Assembly (NCBI GenBank): GCA_040954595.2
Contig: CM082577.2
Location: 17,313,400-17,377,399, forward strand
Origin: Balanoglossus misakiensis
Lineage: Eukaryota > Animalia > Hemichordata
Direction: 5' to 3'
DNA length: 64,000 bases
Below the pieces are notes generated by a model. The model saw only the letters and a list, made by a program, of their open reading frames with translations. It had not been told where the DNA came from and searched no databases. Of this stretch, positions 38,101-53,170 are shown in pieces. The translations under genes and the position numbers were made by a program. Position 1 is the stretch's first letter. Each line of letters starts with the position of its first letter.

Positions 38101-41100
38101 ATACGAAGAGCATTCTATACTCCATCAGATTTCCGAAAATGTAGAAAACAGTTATTTTTTGTAATTTTCAAAAAATTACCATTTTGACCAAATTGTGGCT
38201 AAAATTGTTATTTTCGTGATGAATGCCGCCAGTGTCACTGCTTTTAAAAGTCATAAAACCTTTGAACATACAAGCAATTGTTTATATATGTTCAGGTCAC
38301 CGAATTAAAAAAAATAAAGAATGTTTTGCCTAAAAATGACCTTTTTGGTGCAAAAACGCAATTTTGTATTAAATCAGCTCATTCAGAGTGCATTTTTTAT
38401 AATCAGCACCATTTTTACATATAATGGAAATTTCATACATCATCAGATATCCAAATATGAAAAAATGATTTAGATTTTAGATGATTGTCCAAAATTAGCT
38501 GATATCTAATAAATGTAGTATTGAACCGTTCTGTCCCCCCCCCCCCTACATTATATGCCGTACGCCGATGTAAGCTAACCCGGCAGTACTGCAGGCCGTG
38601 CCCCCAACTAACGTCGGTGTTTGAAACGCCCTGGTTAAATTCGGGCTTTCTCTATAAATTGACAGGCAATAATGCAGTCCTACCCGAACAAATGTCGAGT
38701 GTTGACCCGCTGTGACTTTCCCTCTTCGGTTTGCCCGACTTAGCCAACGTCTTTGTACTAGAGTGTCGGGTCTTTTGCAGAGCCAGGCCGAAGGAAATCC
38801 GACTTGATCACCTTTGCTAACGAACGCTAGTGTCTGTCATGGTGTGCCGGGGTTATAGTCGAGCCAGGCCGTAGGAGATCTGACTTGATCATCGTGGTCA
38901 ATGTACGCGTGTTTTCCGCTCTAAAGTGCCGGGGCTTCAGCTAAACCAGGCCGTAGGAAATCCGACGTAATCACCGTTGATAACTTACGCCAGTCTGTGT
39001 CATATAGAGCCGGTGCACCAGCCGAGTCACGCCGTAGGAAATCTGACTTGATCAACGTGGTCAATGTACGCCTGTTTCTGCTCTAGAGTGCCGGGGCTTC
39101 AGCTGAGCCAGGCCGTAGGAAATGTGAGTTGATCAACGTGGTCTCTGTACGCGTGTTTCTGCTCTAGAGTGCCTGGGCTTTAGCCAAGCTATGCCGTAGG
39201 AAATCTGACTTGATCAACGTTGCTACCGAACGCTAGTGTCTGTCATAGTGTGCCGGGGTTTTAGTCGAGCCAAGCCGTAGGAGATCAGACTTGATCAACA
39301 TGGTCTCTGTACGCGTGTTTCTGCTCTAGAGTGCCGGGGCTTTATCCAAGCCATGCCGTAGAAAATCTGACTTGATCACCGTTGCTAACGTACGCTAGTG
39401 TCTGTCATATTGTGACGGAGATTTAGCCGAGCCAGGCCGTAGAAAAATCGACTTGTTCAACGTTACCAGTGTGCAACTGTTTCTGCTCTAGAGTGTCAGG
39501 GTTTAAGCCGACTTATGCTGTAGGAAATCTGAGTTGATGAACGGGAATCCAATGTTAGAAAACCCGTGTGGAAAGTATCTCTACCCGTTTGAAACTAAGA
39601 AAAGAATTTATTCTTATTTATTTTGTAAAAAAGACAATTTTTCAAAAAAAAGTCGAAAATGGTAATTTTGTCTTGGGTGATTCAAATTATACCACCTTTT
39701 CTGGAATTTGCAGCACTTTTTACAAGAGAACGACACTCCATGCTCCATAATATTTCTGAAAATGAAGAAAAGAGTTAATTTTTTATGATTTTTTAAAAAT
39801 TTACCATTTTTGTCAAATATGGCCAAAATGGCTATTTTTTCTTGAATTCCGTCAATATCTCTGCATTTTTTGAGTGGTCGAAAGTTTTAACATACAATCA
39901 ACATGTCATATATGATCAGGGCACCAAATTCGAAGAACAAAGGTTTTTTTATTATTTTTTCTAAAAATGACATTTTCAAGGAAAATTTGGTAAAACGCAA
40001 TTTTGTCTTCAGTGAGCCAAATTAGACGGTCTTTTGTGGAATTTGTATCGATATATACATACGTAGAGCATTCTATACTCCATCAGATTTCCGAAAATGT
40101 AGAAAACAGTTATTTTTTGTAATTTTCAAAAATTTACCATTTTGACCAAATTGTGGCTAAAATTGTTATTTTCGTGTTGAATGCCGCCAGTGTCACTGCT
40201 TTTAAAAGTCATAAAACCTTTGAACATACAAGCAATTGTTTATATATGATCAGGTCACCGAATTAAAAAAATAAAGAATGTTTTGCCTAAAAATGACCTT
40301 TTTGGTGCAAAAACGCAATTTTGTATTAAATCAGCTCATTCAGAGTGCATGTTTTATAATCAGCACCATTTTTACATATAATGGAAATTTCATACATCAT
40401 CAGATATCCAAATATGAAAAAATGATTTAGATTTTAGATGATTGTCCAAAATTAGCTGATATGTAATAAATGTAGTATTGAACCGTTCTGTTCCCCCCCC
40501 CCCTACATTATATGCCGTACGCCGATGTCAGCTAACCCGGCAGTACTGCAGGCCGTGCCCCCAACTAACGTCGGTGTTTGAAACGCCCTGGTTAAATTCG
40601 GGCTTTCTCTATAAATTGACAGGCAATAATGCAGTCCTACCCGAACAAATGTCGAGTGTTGACCCGCTGTGACTTTCCCTCTTCGGTTTGCCCGACTTAG
40701 CCAACGTCTTTGTACTAGAGTGTCGGGTCTTTTGCAGAGCCAGGCCGAAGGAAATCCGACTTGATCACCGTTGCTAACGAACGCTAGTGTCTGTCATGGT
40801 GTGCCGGGGTTTTAGTCGAGCCAGGCCGTAGGAGATCTGACTTGATCATCGTGGTCAATGTACGCGTGTTTCCGCTCTAAAGTGCCGGGGCTTCAGCTAA
40901 ACCAGGCCGTAGGAAATCCGACGTAATCACCGTTGATAACTTACGCCAGTCTGTGTCATATAGAGCCGGTGCACCAGCCGAGTCACGCCGTAGGAAATCT
41001 GACTTGATCAACGTGGTCAATGTACGCCTGTTTCTGCTCTAGAGTGCCGGGGCTTCAGCTGAGCCAGGCCGTAGGAAACCCGACGTGATTACCGTTGTTA

Positions 41101-44100
41101 ACTTACGCCAGTCTGTGTCCTATAGTGCCGGGGCATCAGCCGTGCCAGGCCGAAGGAAATGTGAGTTGATCAACGTGGTCTCTGTACGCGTGTTTCTGCT
41201 CTAGAGTGCCTGGGCTTTAGCCAAGCTATGCCGTAGGAAATCTGACTTGATCAACGTTGCTACCGAACGCTAGTGTCTGTCATAGTGTGCCGGGGTTTTA
41301 GTCGAGCCAAGCCGTAGGAGATCAGACTTGATCAACATGGTCTCTGTACGCGTGGTTTCTGCTCTAGAGTGCCGGGGCTTTATCCAAGCCATGCCGTAGA
41401 AAATCTGACTTGATCACCGTTGCTAACGTACGCTAGTGTCTGTCATATTGTGACGGAGATTTAGCCGAGCCAGGCCGTAGAAAAATCGACTTGTTCAACG
41501 TTACCAGTGTGCAACTGTTTCTGCTCTAGAGTGTCAGGGTTTAAGCCGACTTATTCTGTAGGAAATCTGAGTTGATGAACGGGAATCCAATGTTAGAAAA
41601 CCCGTGTGGAAAGTATCTCTACCCGTTTGAAACTAAGAAAAGAATTTATTCTTATTTATTTTGTAAAAAAGACAATTTTTCGAAAAAAAGTCGAAAATGG
41701 TAATTTTGTCTTGGGTGATTCAAATTATACCGCCTTTTCTGGAATTTGCAGCACTTTTTACAAGAGAACGACACTCCATGCTCCATAATATTTCTGAAAA
41801 TGAAGAAAAGAGTTAATGTTTTATGATTTTTTAAAAATTTACCATTTTTGTTAAAATATGGCCAAAATGGCTATTTTTTCTTGAATTCCGTCAATATCTC
41901 TGCATTTTTTGAGTGGTCGAAAGTTTTAACATACAATCAACATGTCATATATGATCAGGGCACCAAATTCGAAGAACAAAGGTTTTTTTATTATTTTTTC
42001 TAAAAATTACATTTTCAAGGAAAATTTGGTAAAATGCAATTTTGTCTGCAGTGAGCCAAATTAGACGGTCTTTTGTGGAATTTGTATCGATATATACATA
42101 CGAAGAGCATTCTATACTCCATCAGATTTCCGAAAATGTAGAAAACAGTTATTTTTTGTAATTTTCAAAAATTTACCATTTTGACCAAATTGTGGCTAAA
42201 ATTGTTATTTTCGTGTTGAATGCCGCCAGTGTCACTGCTTTTAAAAGTCATAAAACCTTTGAACATACAAGCAATTGTTTATATATGTTCAGGTCACCGA
42301 ATTAAAAAAAATAAAGAATGTTTTGCCTAAAAATGACCTTTTTGGTGCAAAAACGCAATTTTGTATTAAATCAGCTCATTCAGAGTGCATTTTTTATAAT
42401 CAGCACCATTTTTACATATAATGGAAATTTCATACATCATCAGATATCCAAATATCAAAAAATGATTTAGATTTTAGATGATTGTCCAAAATTAGCTGAT
42501 ATCTAATAAATGTAGTATTGAACCGTTCTGTCCCCCCCCCCCCCTACATTATATGCCGTACGCCGATGTAAGCTAACCCGGCAGTACTGCAGGCCGTGCC
42601 CCCAACTAACGTCGGTGTTTGAAACGCCCTGGTTAAATTCGGGCTTTCTCTATAAATTGACAGGCAATAATGCAGTCCTACCCGAACAAATGTCGAGTGT
42701 TGACCCGCTGTGACTTTCCCTCTTCGGTTTGCCCGACTTAGCCAACGTCTTTGTACTAGAGTGTCGGGTCTTTTGCAGAGCCAGGCCGAAGGAAATCCGA
42801 CTTGATCACCTTTGCTAACGAACGCTAGTGTCTGTCATGGTGTGCCGGGGTTTTAGTCGAGCCAGGCCGTAGGAGATCTGACTTGATCATCGTGGTCAAT
42901 GTACGCGTGTTTTCCGCTCTAAAGTGCCGGGGCTTCAGCTAAACCAGGCCGTAGGAAATCCGACGTAATCACCGTTGATAACTTACGCCAGTCTGTGTCA
43001 TATAGAGCCGGTGCACCAGCCGAGTCACGCCGTAGGAAATCTGACTTGATCAACGTGGTCAATGTACGCCTGTTTCTGCTCTAGAGTGCCGGGGCTTCAG
43101 CTGAGCCAGGCCGTAGGAAACCCGACGTGATTACCGTTGTTAACTTACGCCAGTCTGTGTCCTATAGTGCCGGGGCATCAGCCGTGCCAGGCCGAAGGAA
43201 ATGTGAGTTGATCAACGTGGTCTCTGTACGCGTGTTTCTGCTCTAGAGTGCCTGGGCTTTAGCCAAGCTATGCCGTAGGAAATCTGACTTGATCAACGTT
43301 GCTACCGAACGCTAGTGTCTGTCATAGTGTGCCGGGGTTTTAGTCGAGCCAAGCCGTAGGAGATCAGACTTGATCAACATGGTCTCTGTACGCGTGTTTC
43401 TGCTCTAGAGTGCCGGGGCTTTATCCAAGCCATGCCGTAGAAAATCTGACTTGATCACCGTTGCTAACGTACGCTAGTGTCTGTCATAATGTGACGGAGA
43501 TTTAGCCGAGCCAGGCCGTAGAAAAATCGACTTGTTCAACGTTACCAGTGTGCAACTGTTTCTGCTCTAGAGTGTCAGGGTTTAAGCCGACTTATGCTGT
43601 AGGAAATCTGAGTTGATGAACGGGAATTTAATGTTAGAAAACACGTGTGGAAAGTATCTCTACCCGTTTGAAACTAAGAAAAGAATTTATTCTTATTTAT
43701 TTTCTAAAAAAGACAATTTTTCGAAAAAAAAAGTCGAAAATGGTAATTTTGTCTTGGGTGATTCAAACTATACCGCCTTTTCTGGAATTTGCAGCACTTC
43801 TAACAAGAGAACGACACTTCATGCTCCATAATATTTTCTGAAAATGAAGAAAAGAGTTAATTTTTATGATTTTTTAAAAATATACAATTTTTGTCAAAAT
43901 ATGGCCAAAATGGCTATTTTTTCTTGAATTCCGTCAATATCTCTGCATTTTTTGAGTGGTCAAAAGTTTTAACATACAATCAACATGTCATATATGATCA
44001 TGGCACCAAATTCGAAGAACAAAGGTTTTTTTATTATTTTTTCTAAAAATGTCATTTTCAAGGAAAATGTGGTAAAATGCAATTTTGTCTGCAGTGAGCC

Positions 44101-47100
44101 AAATTAGACGGTCTTTTGTGGAATTTGTATCGATATATACATACGAAGAGCATTCTATACTCCATCAGATTTCCGAAAATGTAGTAAACAGTTATTTTTT
44201 GTAATTTTCAAAAATTTACCATTTTGACCAAATTGTGGCTAAAATTGTTATTTTCGTGTTGAATGCCGCCAGTGTCACTGCTTTTAAAAGTCATAAAAAC
44301 TTTGAACATACAAGCAATTGTTTATATATGATCAGGTCACCGAATTAAAAAATAAAGAATGTTTTGCCTAAAAATGACCTTTTTGGTGCAAAAACGCAAT
44401 TTTGTATTAAATCAGCTCATTCAGAGTGCATTTTTTATAATCAGCACCATTTTTACATATAATGGAAATTTCATACATCATCAGATATCCAAATATGAAA
44501 AAATGATTTAGATTTTAGATGATTGTCCAAAATTAGCTGATATCTAATAAATGTAGTATTGAACCGTTCTGTTCCCCCCCCCCCCTACATTATATGCCGT
44601 ACGCCGATGTAAGCTAACCCGGCAGTACTGCAGGCCGTGCCCCCAACTAACGTCGGTGCTTGAAACGCCCTGGTTAAATTCGGGCTTTCTCTATAAATTG
44701 ACAGGCAATAATGCAGTCCTACCCGAACAAATGTCGAGTGTTGACCCGCTGTGACTTTCCCTCTTCGGTTTGCCCGACTTAGCCAACGTCTTTGTACTAG
44801 AGTGTCGGGTCTTTTGCAGAGCCAGGCCGAAGGAAATCCGACTTGATCACCGTTGCTAACGAACGCTAGTGTCTGTCATGGTGTGCCGGGGTTTTAGTCG
44901 AGCCAGGCCGTAGGAGATCTGACTTGATCATCGTGGTCAATGTACGCGTGTTTCCGCTCTAAAGTGCCGGGGCTTCAGCTAAACCAGGCCGTAGGAAATC
45001 CGACGTAATCACCGTTGATAACTTACGCCAGTCTGTGTCATATAGAGCCGGTGCACAAGCCGAGTCACGCCGTAGGAAATCTGACTTGATCAACGTGGTC
45101 ATTGTACGCCTGTTTCTGCTCTAGAGTGCCGGGGCTTCAGCTGAGCCAGGCCGTAGGAAACCCGACGTGATTACCGTTGTTAACTTACGCCAGTCTGTGT
45201 CCTATAGTGCCGGGGCATCAGCCGTGCCAGGCCGAAGGAAATGTGAGTTGATCAACGTGGTCTCTGTACGCGTGTTTCTGCTCTAGAGTGCCTGGGCTTT
45301 AGCCAAGCTATGCCGTAGGAAATCTGACTTGATCAACGTTGCTACCGAACGCTAGTGTCTGTCATAGTGTGCCGGGGTTTTAGTCGAGCCAAGCCGTAGG
45401 AGATCAGACTTGATCAACATGGTCTCTGTACGCGTGTTTCTGCTCTAGAGTGCCGGGGCTTTATCCAAGCCATGCCGTAGAAAATCTGACTTGATCACCG
45501 TTGCTAACGTACACTAGTGTCTGTCATATTGTGACGGAGATTTAGCCGAGCCAGGCCGTAGAAAAATCGACTTGTTCAACGTTACCAGTGTGCAACTGTT
45601 TCTGCTCTAGAGTGTCAGGGTTTAAGCCGACTTATGCTGTAGGAAATCTGAGTTGATGAACGGTAATTCAATGTTAGAAAACCCGTGTGGAAAGTATCTC
45701 TACCGGTTTGAAACTAAGAAAAGAATTTATTCTTATTTATTTTGTAAAAAAGACAATTTTTCGAAAAAAAGTCGAAAATGGTAATTTTGTCTTGGGTGAT
45801 TCAAATTATCTCGCCTTTTCTGGAATTTGCAGCACTTTTTACAAGAGAACGACACTTCATGCTCCATAATATTTCTGAAAATGAAGAAAAGAGTTAATTT
45901 TTTATGATTTTTTAAAAATTTACAATTTTTGTCAAATATGGCCAAATGGCTATTTTTTCTTGAATTCCGTCAATATCTCTGCATTTTTTGAGTGGTCGAC
46001 AGTTTTAACATACAATCAACATGTCATATATGATCATGGCACCAAATTCGAAGAACAAAGGTTTTTTTATTATTTTTTCTAAAAATGACATTTTCAAGGA
46101 AAATTTGGTAAAATGCAATTTTGTCTGCAGTGAGCCAAATTATACTCCATCAGATTTCCGAAAATGTAGAAAACAGTTATTTTTTGTAATTTTCAAAAAT
46201 TTACCATTTTGACCAAATTGTGGCTAAAATTGTTATTTTCGTGTTGAATGCCGCCAGTGTCACTGCTTTTAAAAGTCATAAAAACTTTGAACATACAAGC
46301 AATTGTTTATATATGATCAGGTCACCGAATTAAAAAAATAAAGAATGTTTTGCCTAAAAATAACCTTTTTGGTGCAAAAACGCAATTTTGTATTAAATCA
46401 GCTCATTCAGAGTGCATTTTTTATAATCAGCACCATTTTTACATATAATGGAAATTTCATACATCATCAGATATCCAAATATGAAAAAATGATTTAGATT
46501 TTAAATGATTGTCCAAAATTAGCTGATATCTAATAAATGTAGTATTGAACCGTTCTGTCCCCCCCCCCTACATTATATGCCGTACGCCGATGTCAGCTAA
46601 CCCGGCAGTACTGCAGGCCGTGCCCCCAACTAACGTCGGTGTTTGAAACGCCCTGGTTAAATTCGGGCTTTCTCTATAAATTGACAGGCAATAATGCAGT
46701 CCTACCCGAACAAATGTCGAGTGTTGACCCGCTGTGACTTTCCCTCTTCGGTTTGCCCGACTTAGCCAACGTCTTTGTACTAGAGTTTCGGGTCTTTTGC
46801 AGAGCCAGGCCGAAGGAAATCCGACTTGATCACCGTTGCTAACGAACGCTAGTGTCTGTCATGGTGTGCCGGGGTTTTAGTCGAGCCAGGCCGTAGGAGA
46901 TCTGACGTGATCATCTTGGTCAATGTACGCGTGTTTCCGCTCTAAAGTGCCGGGGCTTCAGCTAATCCAGGCCGTAGGAAATCCGACGTAATCACCGTTG
47001 ATAACTTACGCCAGTCTGTGTCATATAGAGCCGGTGCACCAGCCGAGTCACGCCGTAGGAAATCTGACTTGATCAACGTAGTCAATGTACGCCTGTTTCT

Positions 47101-50100
47101 GCTCTAGAGTGCCGGGGCTTCAGCTGAGCCAGGCCGTAGGAAACCCGACGTGATTACCGTTGTTAACTTACGCCAGTCTGTGTCCTATAGTGCCGGGGCA
47201 TCAGCCGTGCCAGGCCGAAGGAAATGTGAGTTGATCAACGTGGTCTCTGTACGCGTGTTTCTGCTCTAGAGTGCCTGGGCTTTAGCCAAGCTATGCCGTA
47301 GGAAATCTGACTTGATCAACGTTGCTACCGAACGCTAGTGTCTGTCATAGTGTGCCGGGGTTTTAGTCGAGCCAAGCCGTAGGAGATCAGACTTGATCAA
47401 CATGGTCTCTGTACGCGTGTTTCTGCTCTAGAGTGCCGGGGCTTTATCCAAGCCATGCCGTAGAAAATCTGACTTGATCACCGTTGCTAACGTACGCTAG
47501 TGTCTGTCATATTGTGACGGAGATTTAGCCGAGCCAGGCCGTAGAAAAATCGACTTGTTCAACGTTACCAGTGTGCAACTGTTTCTGCTCTAGAGTGTCA
47601 GGGTTTAAGCCGACTTATGCTGTAGGAAATCTGAGTTGATGAACGGGAATCCAATGTTAGAAAACCCGTTTGGAAAGTATCTCTACCCGTTTGAAACTAA
47701 GAAAAGAATGTATTCTTATTTATTTGGTAAAAAAGACAATTTTTCGCAAAAAAGTCGAAAATGGTAATTTTGTCTTGGGTGATTCAAATTTTACCGCCTT
47801 TTCTGGAATTTGCAGCACTTTTAACAAGAGAACGACACTCCATGCTCCATAATATTTTCTGAAAATGAAGAAAAGAGTTAATTTTTTATGATTTTTTAAA
47901 AATTTACAATTTTTGTCAAAATATGGCCAAAATGGCTATTTTTTCTTGAATTCCGTCAATATCTCTGCATTTTTTGAGTGGTCGAAAGTTTTAACATACA
48001 ATCAACATGTCATATATGATCAGGGCACCAAATTCGAAGAACAAAGGTTTTTTTATTATTTTTTCTAAAAATGACATTTTCAAGGAAAATTTGGTAAAAC
48101 GCAATTTTGTCTGCAGTGAGCCAAATTAGACGGTCTTTTGTGGAATTTGTATCGATATATACATACGAAGAGCATTCTATACTCCATCAGATTTCCGAAA
48201 ATGTAGAAAACAGTTATTTTTTGTAATTTTCAAAAAATTACCATTTTGACCAAATTGTGGCTAAAATTGTTATTTTCGTGTTGAATGCCGCCAGTGTCAC
48301 TGCTTTTAAAAGTCATAAAACCTTTGAACATACAAGCAATTGTTTATATATGATCAGGTCACCGAATTAAAAAAATAAAGAATGTTTTGCCTAAAAATGG
48401 CCTTTTTGGTGCAAAAACGCAATTTTGTATTAAATCAGCTCATTCAGAGTGCATGTTTTATAATCAGCACCATTTTTACATATAATGGAAATTTCATACA
48501 TCATCAGATATCCAAATATGAAAAAATGATTTAGATTTTAGATGATTGTCCAAAATTAGCTGATATGTAATAAATGTAGTATTGAACCGTTCTGTTCCCC
48601 CCCCCCCCTACATTATATGCCGTACGCCGATGTCAGCTAACCCGGCAGTACTGCAGGCCGTGCCCCCAACTAACGTCGGTGTTTGAAACGCCCTGGTTAA
48701 ATTCGGGCTTTCTCTATAAATTGACAGGCAATAATGCAGTCCTACCCGAACAAATGTCGAGTGTTGACCTGCTGTGACTTTCCCTCTTCGGTTTGCCCGA
48801 CTTAGCCAACGTCTTTGTACTAGAGTGTCGGGTCTTTTGCAGAGCCAGGCCGAAGGAAATCCGACTTGATCACCGTTGCTAACGAACGCTAGTGTCTGTC
48901 ATGGTGTGCCGGGGTTTTAGTCGAGCCAGGCCGTAGGATATCTGACTTGATCATCGTGGTCAATGTACGCGTGTTTCCGCTCTAAAGTGCCGGGGCTTCA
49001 GCTAAACCAGGCCGTAGGAAATCCGACGTAATCACCGTTGATAACTTACGCCAGTCTGTGTCATATAGAGCCGGTGCACCAGCCGAGTCACGCCGTAGGA
49101 AATCTGACTTGATCAACGTGGTCAATGTACGCCTGTTTCTGCTCTAGAGTGCCGGGGCTTCAGCTGAGCCAGGCCGTAGGAAACCAGACGTGATTACCGT
49201 AGTTAACTTACGCGAGTCTGTGTCCTATAGTGCCGGGGCATCAGCCGTGCCAGGCCGAAGGAAATGTGAGTTGATCAACGTGGTCTCTGTACGCGTGTTT
49301 CTGCTCTAGAGTGCCTGGGCTTTAGCCAAGCTATGCCGTAGGAAATCTGACTTGATCAACGTTGCTACCGAACGCTAGTGTCTGTCATAGTGTGCCGGGG
49401 TTTTAGTCGAGCCAAGCCGTAGGAGATCAGACTTGATCAACATGGTCTCTGTACGCGTGTTTCTGCTCTAGAGTGCCGGGGCTTTATCCAAGCCATGCCG
49501 TAGAAAATCTGACTTGATCACCGTTGCTAACGTACGCTAGTGTCTGTCATATTGTGACGGAGATTTAGCCGAGCCAGGCCGTAGAAAAATCGACTTGTTC
49601 AACGTTACCAGTGTGCAACTGTTTCTGCTCTAGAGTGTCAGGGTTTAAGCCGACTTATTCTGTAGGAAATCTGAGTTGATGAACGGGAATCCATTGTTAG
49701 AAAACCCGTGTGGAAAGTATCTCTACCCGTTTGAAACTAAGAAAAGAATTTATTCTTATTTATTTTGTAAAAAAGACAATTTTTCGAAAAAAAGTCGAAA
49801 ATGGTAATTTTGTCTTGGGTGATTCAAATTATACCGCCTTTTCTGGAATTTGCAGCACTTTTTACAAGAGAACGACACTCCATGCTCCATAATATTTCTG
49901 AAAATGAAGAAAAGAGTTAATTTTTTATGATTTTTTAAAAATTTACCATTTTTGTTAAAATATGGCCAAAATGGCTATTTTTTCTTGAATTCCGTCAATA
50001 TCTCTGCATTTTTTGAGTGGTCGAAAGTTTTAACATACAATCAACATGTCATATATGATCAGGGCACCAAATTCGAAGAACAAAGGTTTTTTTATTATTT

Positions 50101-53100
50101 TTTCTAAAAATAACATTTTCAAGGAAAATTTGGTAAAATGCAATTTTGTCTGCAGTGAGCCAAATTAGACGGTCTTTTGTGGAATTTGTATCGATATATA
50201 CATACGAAGAGCATTCTATACTCCATCAGATTTCCGAAAATGTAGAAAACAGTTATTTTTTGTAATATTCAAAAATTTACCATTTTGACCAAATTGTGGC
50301 TAAAATTGTTATTTTCGTGTTGAATGCCGCCAGTGTCACTGCTTTTAAAAGTCATAAAACCTTTGAACATACAAGCAATTGTTTATATATGTTCAGGTCA
50401 CCGAATTAAAAAAAATAAAGAATGTTTTGCCTAAAAATGACCTTTTTGGTGCAAAAACGCAATTTTGTATTAAATCAGCTCATTCAGAGTGCATTTTTTA
50501 TAATCAGCACCATTTTTACATATAATGGAAATTTCATACATCATCAGATATCCAAATATGAAAAAATGATTTAGATTTTAGATGATTGTCCAAAATTAGC
50601 TGATATCTAATAAATGTAGTATTGAACCGTTCTGTCCCCCCCCCCCCTACATTATATGCCGTACGCCGATGTAAGCTAACCCGGCAGTACTGCAGGCCGT
50701 GCCCCCAACTAACGTCGGTGTTTGAAACGCCCTGGTTAAATTCGGGCTTTCTCTATAAATTGACAGGCAATAATGCAGTCCTACCCGAACAAATGTCGAG
50801 TGTTGACCCGCTGTGACTTTCCCTCTTCGGTTTGCCCGACTTAGCCAACGTCTTTGTACTAGAGTGTCGGGTCTTTTGCAGAGCCAGGCCGAAGGAAATC
50901 CGACTTGATCACCTTTGCTAACGAACGCTAGTGTCTGTCATGGTGTGCCGGGGTTATAGTCGAGCCAGGCCGTAGGAGATCTGACTTGATCATCGTGGTC
51001 AATGTACGCGTGTTTTCCGCTCTAAAGTGCCGGGGCTTCAGCTAAACCAGGCCGTAGGAAATCCGACGTAATCACCGTTGATAACTTACGCCAGTCTGTG
51101 TCATATAGAGCCGGTGCACCAGCCGAGTCACGCCGTAGGAAATCTGACTTGATCAACGTGGTCAATGTACGCCTGTTTCTGCTCTAGAGTGCCGGGGCTT
51201 CAGCTGAGCCAGGCCGTAGGAAACCCGACGTGATTACCGTTGTTAACTTACGCCAGTCTGTGTCCTATAGTGCCGGGGCATCAGCCGTGCCAGGCCGAAG
51301 GAAATGTGAGTTGATCAACGTGGTCTCTGTACGCGTGTTTCTGCTCTAGAGTGCCTGGGCTTTAGCCAAGCTATGCCGTAGGAAATCTGACTTGATCAAC
51401 GTTGCTACCGAACGCTAGTGTCTGTCATAGTGTGCCGGGGTTTTAGTCGAGCCAAGCCGTAGGAGATCAGACTTGATCAACATGGTCTCTGTACGCGTGT
51501 TTCTGCTCTAGAGTGCCGGGGCTTTATCCAAGCCATGCCGTAGAAAATCTGACTTGATCACCGTTGCTAACGTACGCTAGTGTCTGTCATAATGTGACGG
51601 AGATTTAGCCGAGCCAGGCCGTAGAAAAATCGACTTGTTCAACGTTACCAGTGTGCAACTGTTTCTGCTCTAGAGTGTCAGGGTTTAAGCCGACTTATGC
51701 TGTAGGAAATCTGAGTTGATGAACGGGAATTTAATGTTAGAAAACACGTGTGGAAAGTATCTCTACCCGTTTGAAACTAAGAAAAGAATTTATTCTTATT
51801 TATTTTCTAAAAAAGACAATTTTTCGAAAAAAAAAGTCGAAAATGGTAATTTTGTCTTGGGTGATTCAAATTATCTCGCCTTTTCTGGAATTTGCAGCAC
51901 TTTTTACAAGAGAACGACACTTCATGCTCCATAATATTTCTGAAAATGAAGAAAAGAGTTAATTTTTTATGATTTTTTAAAAATTTACCATTTTTGTCAA
52001 ATATGGCCAAAATGGCTATTTTTTCTTGAATTCCGTCAATATCTTTGCATTTTTTGAGTGGTCGAAAGTTTTAACATACAATCAACATGTCATATATGAT
52101 CAGGGCACCAAATTCGAAGAACAAAGGTTTTTTTATTATTTTTTCTAAAAATGACATTTTCAAGGAAAATTTGGTAAAACGCAATTTTGTCTGCAGTGAG
52201 CCAAATTAGACGGTCTTTTGTGGAATTTGTATCGATATATACATACGAAGAGCATTCTATACTCCATCAGATTTCCGAAAATGTAGAAAACAGTTATTTT
52301 TTGTAATTTTCAAAAATTTACCATTTTGACCAAATTGTGGCTAAAATTGTTATTTTCGTGTTGAATGCCGCCAGTGTCACTGCTTTTAAAAGTCATAAAA
52401 CCTTTGAACATACAAGCAATTGTTTATATATGATCAGGTCACCGAATTAAAAAAATAAAGAATGTTTTGCCTAAAAATGACCTTTTTGGTGCAAAAACGC
52501 AATTTTGTATTAAATCAGCTCATTCAGAGTGCATGTTTTATAATCAGCACCATTTTTACATATAATGGAAATTTCATACATCATCAGATATCCAAATATG
52601 AAAAAATGATTTAGATTTTAGATGATTGTCCAAAATTAGCTGATATGTAATAAATGTAGTATTGAACCGTTCTGTTCCCCCCCCCCCTACATTATATGCC
52701 GTACGCCGATGTCAGCTAACCCGGCAGTACTGCAGGCCGTGCCCCCAACTAACGTCGGTGTTTGAAACGCCCTGGTTAAATTCGGGCTTTCTCTATAAAT
52801 TGACAGGCAATAATGCAGTCCTACCCGAACAAATGTCGAGTGTTGACCCGCTGTGACTTTCACTCTTCGGTTTGCCCGACTTAGCCAACGTCTTTGTACT
52901 AGAGTGTCGGGTCTTTTGCAGAGCCAGGCCGAAGGAAATCCGACTTGATCACCGTTGCTAACGAACGCTAGTGTCTGTCATGGTGTGCCGGGGTTTTAGT
53001 CGAGCCAGACCGTAGGAGATCTGACTTGATCATCGTGGTCAATGTACGCGTGTTTCCGCTCTAAAGTGCCGGGGCTTCAGCTAAACCAGGCCGTAGGAAA

Positions 53101-53170
53101 TCCGACGTAATCACCGTTGATAACTTACGCCAGTCTGTGTCATATAGAGACGGTGCACCAGCCGAGTCAC

